From the NCBI GenBank assembly GCA_023213395.1, contig CM041465.1, positions 3,906,001 through 3,970,000 on the forward strand: DNA of 64,000 nt, in the 5' to 3' direction. The translations under genes and the position numbers were made by a program. Positions 13,522 through 25,324 of this stretch are shown here, in pieces. The stretch is from Cycas panzhihuaensis (Eukaryota > Plantae > Cycadophyta). A model generated the notes under the pieces. That model saw only the letters and a list, made by a program, of their open reading frames with translations, had not been told where the DNA came from and made no database searches. Numbering within the stretch: the stretch's first letter is position 1; the number at the start of each line of letters is the position of its first letter.

Positions 13522-16500
13522 ATGTCTTCACAGTTCAAGCAAAATGTGAACTGCATTCTAAAAGGAAAAGAAAATTGGGACATGTGGTTCACTGGTGTCA
13601 AAAATGCTGCAAAGTATGAAGGTCTATGGAGAGATCACTTACAACCTACACCACATTGCAGCCTACTACCACAACCGCTTCAAGATGGAGGTGCTCTAAC
13701 TGCTCCCACTGAAGCTGAAGCTAAACGCCAATGGGAACTTGATGATGATAAAATCCGTGCAGGGATACTGCTTGTCACTGATTATTCCCTGCATAATCTC
13801 ATTGATGAAGTTGTACATGATACGGCATGGAAAGTTCTTGAAGTTCTTAAGAAGAACTTTGACACTAAATCAGACTTAGAATTTGTTCACTTAGTGTTGA
13901 AGATGAACAAATTGAAAATGCATAAAGGACATGCAAGTGAGACAATCAATCTCCTTCGTCCAATCAAGCAAGCCATTGATAAAGATTTTAAAACTCAATG
14001 CATTACATGGGCTTTCTTGATTCACCATGTCTCCATATCCCATTATAAAAATCTATTGGGAGTCTTCAATCCAAAGGGAACTTTAAAGACCCTAAACTTT
14101 GAGGATCTTCGATAAGTTCATTGAATTTGATAACACCTTTGATACCAACTTTGCCACTACATCAGATCCAATTGATGTTGCTTTTGAAGTGGAAGAAGAT
14201 CTTTGTTACACCAAAATCAAGGTCAATACTCTCGTAGAGGTGGTAATTCCCGTGGAAGAGGAAGAGGTAGACAATAAGGACAACGTCCTCTTAGTCAACA
14301 GGCTCCTCAATTCCAACAAAAACAGTCTCAAGGCCAAGGGCAAAATAATCAACCTGGATCTAGATCCGATGTCGAGACAATTCAAATTTAATACTTGACC
14401 GAAATCAAACAATCGTGTGCCAAAGGTGTAATAGAAGAGGACATTATGCCAAAAATTACAGGCGCCACCAACAACTACCAAGTTATCAATGGCGCCATGG
14501 TGCACATAATGTTGATAATACTTCTTTTGAAGATGCTTTTGGTGGAACGCAATTTGCTCATGCACACCTTCAAAGAATTGGGACCACTTCATCAAATGTT
14601 GTTGATAGATCCACTAAGTATATTGAGGCTCATTGTGGCTATGCTTATTCACTTTTGCCTTCACCACTTGGAGTTGCAAATAGTGCTACCTCAAATACTT
14701 CATTGTGGATCATGGATACTAGAGCAACACAACACATGACTTGTCATCGCCAGTTCTTTCAAGATTTTGACTCTGAAGTTCGTGGTGTTGTACACATGGC
14801 TGACAAATCATCTCAGCCAGTCGAAGGACTTGGAGCAGTTTGCACAAACTCCCAGTGCCTTCCAGTTTACACTTGTTGATGTTTTATATATTCCTGCTCT
14901 AAAGCGAATCGCTCTCCCCGTCCACCCTTGTCTCTCGTGGATTTGATCCGAGTGTAGCGCAAACAATCAAACTCTCTGTCATTCACCCTCCTTCAAATCG
15001 TGGTTATGACCGAATTCTTGATGGCAAACTTTTTCGCCTAACCGGCTCACCATCCTCAAGCCAACTATGTTGATGATGAATTTGTTTTACCACAACCGTG
15101 ACTCCTCAAAAGTTGTCCCAGCGGCTCTATGGCATGCTTGTATGGGCCATATCAAAATTGATCATTAAGAGAACTACAAGACACTCTTCCTGGTTTACCT
15201 AAGTTCCTCCAAGCCCTTTAAATGTGAAGCATGTATTATTGCTAAATCTCAAAGACAACCCTTTCCTCGTGGTCAGTGGAAATCTACCCAACCTTCACCG
15301 CTTGTACACTCAGATATATGCGGTTCTATGCCCATCCCTTCTATCAAACAGAAGTGGTACTATATTATCATCATTGATGATTTTACCAAGCAAGTATGGG
15401 TTGCTCCTCTTGCAAAGAAAGATGAAGCTCTTTCTATGTGTCAAGCTTTCAAGGCCGCGTGGAAAATGAATGGATTCAAGATCAAAATACTCGGATCGAC
15501 AATGGTGGCGAGTACACATCCAATGGGTTTGCATCGTACCTACGTCAACGTGGAATCAAACATCAGACCACTGTTGCAGGTACACCCCAGTAAAATGGAG
15601 TTGCCGAGCGTATGAACAGGACCATCATGAATATGGATCGTCTTTATCTTTGGTATATAAGAATGTCCCTATCTATCTTTGAGGCTATCTGGACTACTGT
15701 GTATTGCATCAACACTGTTAGTCCCTCCAAGCTCGGCCCCTCTCCACATGAAATGTGGTATGGACAAACCCCCTCTATCTCACACTTCAGAAATTTTGGC
15801 TCTACTTGTTATGCTCATATTTTGCAGGAACATAGAAATAAGCTCCAAGATAGAGCCATCAAAGGCATCTTTGTCAGATACCCTATGGACAAAAAGGGAT
15901 ACAAGGTTTTTATACCTTCAGAGTGTAAAATCATCATCACTAGAGATGTTATCTTTGCAGAGACTGAAGATCAATTACTCAGGCTTGACTCCAAGATGCC
16001 TTCATGCCGATTTAATGATGCTACTGAATTTGATGTCCAGATTCCAAAATTTAGGGGAGATCTTTGAGCAGATGCTTAAAATCTTGGAATCGACAATAGA
16101 GCCTTGGAGGATACAAGGTGACTCAATCCAATGTATACACATCCGGCACCATCATTTGTGAGCACCAAGTTGACAAAGGCAAAGCCATAGCAGAAGGATC
16201 ATCTTCTCCAACATCCATGGTGGCCCATCTTCTCCAGCATCGTCAACTTCCTCCGTGCTAAATATTTCACATGATCCTTTCCAGGATCAAAACGAAGATC
16301 AAGAGGTTGTGGAAATGAAAACCTCATTCCCAACTCGAGGTTTTCGTGAAGCCTACCAGCTACACAAGGACATGCGACTAGATGAGGTAGGCAAAACTAG
16401 CACTAGAAGTGCCCATAGAGCAAGGATGCATGAATCACTTTCCGTTGAGCTTGAACGTGAGCGCATCTTGCTCTTAATGAAGAGCCCCTAACGTACCAAG

Positions 16501-18010
16501 AAGTCAGAAAGCATGCGACTTGGAGAAATGCCATGAACGAAGAGTATCAATCTCTTATTAAGAGCGGTACATGGGAGCTTGTTGATCTACCACTTGGAAG
16601 AAAGGTAGTTCAAAATAAATGGGTGTTCAAAACAAGTATAGATTAGATGGCACCCTAGAAAACACAAGGCGAGGTTGGTAGCAAAAGGATTCACGCAAGG
16701 GAAGGCATTGACTACACCGAAATCTTTGCTCCTACAACCAAGTGGCCTACAATCGAACTCTAATAGCCTTGGTCGCTCAACAGGTTGGAAAATCCACCAA
16801 CTCGATGTTAAGACCACATTTCTCAATGGGGACCTTAAAGAAGAAATTTACATGGCTCGGCCCGAAGGGTACGAGATTGATGTCGGGAGCATAAAGTTTG
16901 TAGGCTCAAAAAGTCCTTGACGGCCTAAAGCAAGCCCCTCGTGCTTGGTTTACCAAGTTGTCTCGAAAGAATGAGGCAACTTGGATATGAGGTTTGTGAC
17001 TATCAAGATATTGATGCAACATTATTCATCAAGTGCCAAAATGATAAAGTCACTTACCTCTTAATCTTTGTGGATGACATGCTCATAAGGGAATAGTGAA
17101 TGTAATCACCAAATTGAAGAAGGACCTTGCTAAAACTTTTGAATTGTCGACCTCGGGTTGATGAAATATTACTTGGGAATTGAAGTAACTCAAAAGGATG
17201 GCAAAATCTTTCTCTCCCAAGAAAAATATATCAACGATCTTCTGACAAAGTTTCGGTTGGAAGGTGCTCGACCGGTGGATACACCTATGGAGCCTAATAT
17301 TAAGCTCTCGGTTGATGGTGATAATAGGGAGGCGCAACACTCTATAGGTAACTTGTAGGTAGTCTCATCTATACTACCAACACAAGGCCAGATATTGCAC
17401 ACTCTGTCGGCATTCTTGCAAGATTCATGACAAATCCTAAGCAGAATCATTGGCAAGCTGCAATACGAGTGTTGAGGTACCTAAAGACGACTAGCAAATA
17501 TGGTCTGTTGTATGAACCCAATGCAGAATTTAAACTTTATGCATACACAGACTCAGACTTTGCTGGAGATAAAGACACAGGAAGATCTACGTCTGGGTAC
17601 GTAACATTTCTTGGAACAGCACCAATATCATGGAGATCTAGATGGCAGAAGATAGTTGCAGACTCAACTGCTGAAGCTGAGTACATTGCTGCTTCTGAGA
17701 CAAGCAAGGAAGTGATATGGCTTAGAAAATTGTTGAATACATTAAATGCCACCCAAACAAGTTCTACTAGCTTACATGTTGATAATCAATCTACAATCTA
17801 GATGGCTAAAAATCACAGATTTCATGATCGTACCAAACATATAAGTACAAAAGTCCACGAGGATTAGAGAACTAGTTCATGATGGCACAATTCAATTGGA
17901 TCTTGCCCCACAGGATCAAGTGGCGATATCTTCACCAAACCACGGAAGAGGGTGAGGTTTGAAGAGTTCAAATAGCAACTCAGCCTTAGGGCCTCCATCT
18001 CTGACTGATT
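13522..18010 (+). pseudogene. Copia gag-pol polyprotein, heavily frameshifted
   Basis: gag (LKGKENWDMW), knuckle CQRCNRRGHYAKN, protease WIMDTRATQHMT, integrase (IIDDFTKQVWV; SPHEMWYGQTPSISHFRNFGSTCY), RT (WKIHQLDVKTTFLNGDLKEEIYM; IFVDDM), RNase H (AYTDSDFAGD...STAEAEYIA...VDNQS). Confidence 0.95.
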
Positions 18011-18431
18011 GAAGGAGATGACAATAGGACTATCATACTGTCTCATTCGTGAAAACCCCTTGTGGGCGGAAGGACAAGAGTAAGTCTCGCTCTATCCCAT
18101 TCGTGAAAACCCCATGTGGTAGCGAAAGGATAAGGGTTATATCATTTTGGAAAATCGAACTCAGGAAACCCAAACCAAGATGGAGGATGACCAAATGGTA
18201 TATGGAGACTCGATGAGATTTCAGCTACAAAATTTATTGTCTTGATTGGCTATCGGCTACATTTAAAGAGTACTGAGCTAGGTTAGTAGATTAGAAAATT
18301 TGTGGGTTTTCTTCCCCATGAGGGTTTCCACAAAAGTATCATACTAGTTTGCTTTATAAGAGGCTCAAATGAAGACCTCATAGGATAGAATAAAATAGAA
18401 TGAAATGACCTTCTACCATTAAGGGGGAGAT

Positions 18432-18729
18432 TGAAAAGGGTTAATGACATAAGGTCATTACATTAGTTGATTATTTCGAAAAAGGGTCTTAAGTGAACTT
18501 TAAATTAGATCACTTAAGTGAAATGCACTTTCATGTGCATTACGTGTAATTTCATTTCACCTAACTCAAATGCTCCCTCTCTCAATATAAAAGTAAAGCT
18601 CAATGGAGGAGATTCATTCTTTACCTCCCCATTTTATGAGAGCTACTTTCTTTCTCTCAAGTCTCTCTTACTCCCATGTTTGCCTTTGTGTTTAGTGCAT
18701 GGAGATGAATGATAGATCCACTCTTTTCA
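18432..18729 (+). repeat. 3' LTR of the young copia
   Basis: Preceded by the PPT, followed by the TSD GACAC. Confidence 0.97.
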
Positions 18730-20205
18730 GACACATGATGATATGATGATGAAGTTAGTGATATGAGGGACATGAGACATGAGAAATTTTGTTAAGCTTG
18801 ATTAATGAGCATTCAAAAAAGGGGACATTATTTGGAGGTATATTTACAATCATGGAATAAAATGATGTGGTCATGTATATTCATGTAACAAATGAATATT
18901 ACTCAAGGGATTTGTTTCTTCTGATACCTAAGTGTAATGGAGAAAACTTTTTTTTTGGATGATTAAAATGAGATGTTTTTTTATAGTTAGAGATTTTTGG
19001 AAGCTTGTTACTAATGGATATGATATCCCTAAGGATGAAGAAGAAAAGAAAATGCTTGAGAAGAAAGAGATAAAAAGGTATTTATCATGATTCTTACTAC
19101 ATTAAACAAGGTTGATTTTCCCTCCACATATTATTTTGTCATTCCTAAGATTCAATGTGCAAGTACTACTAAGGAAGCTTGAGATTTTTTAAAGGAAGTA
19201 TTTGAATAAACTCTTGAAGAGATACAACAAATAATTGAAAAGGAAAATAAGGTCAATGATGGTTATGACACGGGTAAAATGAATGAAGGAAATATTATTA
19301 ACACTGATGAATTAGTACATCAAGATGAAGAATATTTGAATATTGATGAAACTACTACTAATCATATGAATGAATGCATTGATGAGACTATAACTACTTC
19401 TAAAGACGTTGAAAGTGATGAATCAATAAAGGTGTATTTAGATGACACCATGATTTCAAGAGAAATTAAATATGAATTTGATGGTCTTATAGAAGATGAG
19501 TCTCAGATTAATTCAGGTCTAAATGATGTTCTTTCTTTGAGCACTAATCTAAGTTCAAAGAGTATGCAAGTTGATCAAGATTCCACTCCAAAGGTTGAAG
19601 AAATCACTATTGTACATGGTGATCAAGAATTTATATAGGATAATGATGACAATCAAGTTGTATTTGAAGATGGTTACTTAGAGGATCTACAATAAAATCA
19701 GACTAGACTAGCCACAATGAAGAATCATGATTTGCACTTGCTAGAGCTGCTACATCAACATCATCACTACATGATTGAAGATGGAAATCAAGCTAAGGAC
19801 ATCATCCTACAAAGGTATCAATATATAATTGAAGATGAAAATCAAGATGAAGACATCATTCTACAGCAAAGACATCACTATAAGATTGAACTCAAGGATT
19901 AAGTTGAAGATATCATTTTCAAGACATTTGCAAGGACAAGGTATTGCAAATACAAATGACCTAAATGCGCATTAAGGGGGAGTGTTGGAATGTTAATACA
20001 CATTTTTTTTATCCCACATGTAAGTGGGTCCCTCTCTCGCTATCATGCCATGTATTATAAATATACACATAGTGTATCATATGATATATCTTTCATAAGG
20101 ATGTTTTGTTAATATAATTAGAGGTACCTTAAGGGTACCATTTGATCATGGAGGTGTTTGCTTCTATTTACAAATATTATCTTATTACAAGTTTGATTTC
20201 CAACA

Positions 20206-21905
20206 AAATCTCACATTAATACAAGAGGTTTCCAATAGCAGGAAGGAATTAACTATGATGATACCTTTACATCAGTAGCCAACATGACCACATTCCATTT
20301 GGTTATGTCCCTAGTAGCCTAATTTGGATGGCATGTTTACCAAATAGATGTGAAGAGTGATTTCCTCAATGTAGAGCTTAAAGAAGAGGTTTTCTTAAAA
20401 AAACCCCAGGCTATGTTATTCCAAGACAAGAACACTTAGTTTTTAGACTCAAGAAAGACCTTTATGGACTTAAGCAGGTACCACTTTCTTGGTATACAAA
20501 GATAGAGCCCTTTCTCATTCAACATAGATTTAATCATTCACCATCTAACCCTTATCTCTACTTTCAAGTTAGAGATAATTTGATCACCATCATTGTACTT
20601 TATGTGGATGATCTTGCTATCACTGGCAAATGATACAAATAGAATATATTGGCTTCAATCAAATTTAAAGAGAAACTTTGAGATGATTGACCTTGGGCTC
20701 CTCCACTACTTCCTTGGAATTGAAGTTTGGCAAGAACCAGAACACATCCTCCTAACTCAAACTAAGTATTTCAATGATCTCTTAGAAAGATTTAAGATGA
20801 TAGATTATAAACCTGTATCAATTCCCATGGAGAGAGGAACCAAGTTAAACCTAGATAAAGAAGGAAAACCTTTTTATATCATTTTATACTGGTAGTTAGT
20901 TAGGAGTCTCATCTATGTCACTCACACTCACCCAGACATCTCATATGTAATAGGGGTCTACTCCATGTATATGTCACAACCCAAAGCATCTCATTGGAAA
21001 GTAACCACTAGGATCCTTAAATACATTTGTGGAACTCATCAGTTTGGCCTTAAGTACAACAAGATTAAATCACCTACTATAAAGGACATATAGATGTTGA
21101 TTAGGCTAGTTGCCAGGATACACACCATTCAACTTTAGGCTATTATTTTGATATGCACTCAATTGTAATCTTGTGGAGCTATAAGAAACAACCTAATATT
21201 GCCATTTATTCCATTGAAGTAGAATATAAAGTAGTCATCCATGATATAACAGAGTTGATTTGGCTCAGAAGGATTCTCCTTAAGCTTAGACTTTAACAAA
21301 CTTCACTAACCATCTTATCCTGTGATAATCAAAGTGTGTTGAAGATGACAAAGAATCCTATATTCCATGATAGAATGAAGCACATTGAGGTCCACCATCA
21401 CTTCATATATAAGCATGTACAAAATAGAGAAGTTGATCTCATCTACTGTCCTATTAAAGACGATATTACAGACATCTTCACTAAAGCACTTGGTAAACTA
21501 AAGTTTGAATGGTTTAGATTTGACCTCAGCATCTAAAGAAATGAAGTTGCTATTAAGGGAGGGTGTTAAAACTTTCTAATATCTTCTTCATTTCTTCATA
21601 TTTTTGTATGCTAATGTTTATATTATACAAAAAGACCCTTTTATGTAATTAAATCATATTAGATAGTGAGGTTAGGTCCACCTCTTATGTCATTAAGTCA
21701 GTCTATCCCAATGCATTATAATCTTAGTAGATGGCTATAAATATTGCCCTGCATCTTTATACTTTATGTTGATTTATGATTAATATAGAAGCTCTACCCA
21801 AGAGAGAGCCTATGGTGTGGAAAATTCACCTATACCATTGCATGCTCATTTGTTATGTCTATTTGTTTGATTTGTTGAATATTTATCAATATTTTGATCA
21901 CTATA
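20206..21905 (+). mobile_element. 3' half of a decayed copia (RT, RNase H, PPT, 3' LTR from 21564); same family as 5820-10650 and 35156-47199
   Basis: FEMIDLGLLHYFLGIEVWQ and NPIFHDRMKHIEVHHHF...DIFTKALGK. ATGAAGTTGCTATTAAGGGAGGG-TGTTAAAAC matches the 3' ends at 6190(-) and 46862(+). LTR end is approximate. Confidence 0.88.
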
Positions 21906-24900
21906 CTTGAATCAAGATACACGTTATAGGTCTTGATGTTTTCATAAGTAAAATTTGGATCCTTCCATAAGAACAACACCCATTAAGATTATCACTCCTG
22001 CATACACTAGTGGGTATCTTAAAAGCTACGACCTAGTTATCAGTGTATAGATTGAGGGACCTAAGGTGATAGTTGAGAGCTTAGAGACAAAAAGAACCTA
22101 GATAGAATTGAAAAAAGTGAGTCCCATGGTTGTTTTAAAGCAAAGGTCCTTAACTAAAAGCTATAATTTTTGGCCTAACACACTTGGGGTTCACGCAATA
22201 TACCAAGTGGGATGCAAAGTTGCATATAACACCCAAGCCCTAAATAGTACCATCTCAATGCTAGGGACTATAGTTATTCTAGAGATCTCTTATTTCATTA
22301 AGCCCCATTTTACAAAATAACATCTACACACATGTCTACACCTTATCATAGTAATTTAAATGAGAGCATCTCTTTCCCATCTAGGAAGGAGGAAATCAAG
22401 TAGTGTTTGAGATATCCTATTCTATTATCCTAGGGTAAAGGATCCATACCTTTCTCTTAAAATGTAATGCATAACCCCCTCAAACTAATTAGATAGCCTT
22501 CTAATTGTGGCCACTCACATAAGGTATTAATATCACCCTTTTGGTTCCTTAAGTTCAATTACATATTTGTTATGTTTCTTTGATTAGTAGGTTATTCAAT
22601 CCATTGATCCCCCTCCTTAACTTAGGAGTCATCAAACAAAGTTAAAATAATTGATGGTATTAATTTTTTTGAAAATGAGTCTATATTGGAATTTCTTACT
22701 AGGGACTTCCTTAATCTCCCACTAAACCACTTTAAGTTAGGATTTTGAAGATGTCTTATTATAGATCCCTTACTAGCTAACCCTCGTGAAGGAGGGGTTA
22801 TCCTTAATCTACTAATTGATTATGCCCCTACTTATTTTGAGGAAAATAATATTCTTTTTTAAGGAGAAACTATTAATAGTATTATCATGCCAGGTAAATT
22901 ATGAAAGTATGAGTTGAATGTATCCCTCAAGAAACTGAGTTCAATCTTTCAAGAATTTAAGGATAAATTTTCATGGGATTACATTGATATGAAAGGTATT
23001 GATCTCAAGATTATTACCCATAATCTTACTACACTCCTAGAAGCTAAATCAATTAGGCAAAAATAATAGCCCATTTACCTTAAACATTTAGTCATCATGA
23101 AAGTAGAGGTTAAGAAGCTCCATAGTGCTAGCTTAATTAAATCCATAGATTATCCTCATCAGGTATCAAATATAGTCTCAATTACTAAGAAAAATAGAGC
23201 AATTTATATCTTCATTAATTTTTAAGATATACATAACACTGACCCTAAAGATAACTTCCCTTTACCATGCATGGATTGGATCAGAGATAAAATAGTGGGG
23301 TTTGAGGTTATATCACTCATGGATGGATTTTTAGACTATAATTAGATCTAGATATCACTTGAGGATTACCATAAAATTAATTTTATGATTCTTTGGGATA
23401 CTTTTGCTTAAAAGGAAATGCCTTTTGGCCTAGGGAGACGTACCAACATGCTATGGATTTTATGTTACATGACTATATTAATAAAATTTCTATGAAAATG
23501 GATGATCTACTTGGACTCTCTTGTAAGTGAGAAAACCATCCCTTAGACCTCTAGAAATCTTTCTTGAAGTGTTGTAAGTATTATGTAAGCTTGAATCCCC
23601 TTAAACATGTATTTTTTATTATAGAAAATAAACTCTTAAGGTTCATTGTGTTAAAAAAATTAATAAAGATTGAACCTAAGAGGGTAAGGGCCATCCTTAA
23701 GATACCCCTCCTAAAATACAAACACAAATTAAATTGTTCCTTAGGAGACTAGGTTTCCTTTAACATTTCTTAGTAGACTTTGCCTTAAATCCAAAGCCTC
23801 TAACAAATCTCTTAAAGAAGGGGGTCCCTTTCATTTAGACACTAGTTACCCAAATATCCTTTAATGAACTCAAAAGGGGCTTGGTCTCAACCTTAATCCT
23901 AACACTACCCTAGTTCAATAAGCCCCTTATCTTGTACACCTCTTCCTTAAGTGAATCACTTGGGGTTATGCTTGCCCAAGAGGATGATTTAGGCATCAAA
24001 CAAGTAGTATATTTTATTAATTATATACTTGTGGTAGTAGAACTTAATTACATACTTATAGAAAAGGAATGCCTTGCCCTTACTTTTTCCATAAAGAAAC
24101 TAAGGCATTGCCTCTTGAATAATGTTACTAAAGTAATCATCTAATTTGATCCATGATGCTTCCTCCTATCAAAATCTGACCTAACAAGATGAGTCAAGAA
24201 GTGGGTAATCCTCCTCCAAGAATATAATCTTGAAATTTTCAACTGAAAATCTAAGAAAGGGATGATTGTTTCTAAGCAAATAACTCACATATTTCTTCCT
24301 AATCTCTCTAATACATATATTTATGATCCATTACCCAATGAGTTAATTATAGTCCTAAGAAGGGTTGAGGGTCAAAGACCAATAAATTATTAGTATAACA
24401 ATATTATTTGCTACCTTATTCATCATGTCTATTCTAATGAAACAAGTAAAATAGTAAAGTTGTGTATTAAGCCATGTCATATTAATATTTCTTAATTTAT
24501 CATATGATCTATAAATGCTCATTTAAGGGAGTTCTTCTCAAATATATTAACACTAAAGAGACTTATGAGATCCTCTATGGATTCTATGGTTCCATCTATG
24601 GAGGGCACTCTGGTGGATAAGCTATAGCCCAAAGAACTTTATGCATGGGTTAGTTCTAGCATATATAGTTTAATAATACCCATGCTTAGTGTTAAAATGT
24701 GAGAAGTGCTAAAAGTACTCAAATATTATTTGGAGGCCTTTTAAGATCATGTATTTTGTAGTTTCACCTTAGACCTTCTCTCAATAGGGAACAGATCTAA
24801 TTGAGGCTATCACACCTCCATCCTACTTATGGTAGAAATTTATCTTAATGGTAACTAAATATTTCATAAAGTAGACAAAAGTAATACCTCTTTCCTCAAG

Positions 24901-25324
24901 CATAAGAAAAGTTATTATAACATTCATTTTCTAAAATATTATTTATAGGTTCAAAGTCCCAACCATTGATAATAGGACCCCATTCTATAACATGGATATA
25001 TATGATCTTTATAATAAATTCCACATTACCCAGAGGACTTTATCACTATATTATCCTTATGTAAATGGGAAAATTAAGACATAAAACTAAATATTAATTT
25101 CTATTCTAAAGAAAATACTGTCAAAGTCCCAATAAGACTGACACACTCAATTATACCCCATAGTCTAGGATTATCATATGTCTATTTGGATTGTTATGGG
25201 TATAATACCATTTTTCCCTGTCTATAAGTTAAAGTTAGTTCTCTCACTCAAAGTCAAAATCTTATCTCTCAAAGTGTCACTTAAGTATTCTATAAATAAA
25301 GAATGACATCAACAAGCTTGTCTC

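Larger units (their letters stand above)
11190..18729 (+). mobile_element. Young full-length Ty1/copia LTR retrotransposon (7.54 kb)
   Basis: LTRs 11190-11487 and 18432-18729 (298 bp, TG...CA, 4 substitutions seen). TSD GACAC at 11185-11189 and 18730-18734. PBS TGGTATTAGAGC 11490-11501. PPT AAGGGGGAGA 18421-18430. Domain order gag-PR-INT-RT-RH. Confidence 0.98.
10655..20205 (+). mobile_element. Non-autonomous copia derivative (gag N-terminus plus acidic repeat ORF, PPT, 223-bp 3' LTR 19983-20205), interrupted by the young copia at 11190-18729
   Basis: Sequence on either side of the GACAC TSD is continuous in character. Gag-like W.IKM...FWKLVTNGY...STTKEA(W) at 18940-19200. PPT TTAAGGGGGAG 19972-19982. 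LTR TGTTGGAA...TTCCAACA is a perfect 8-bp inverted repeat. The 5' boundary is approximate. Confidence 0.65.
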
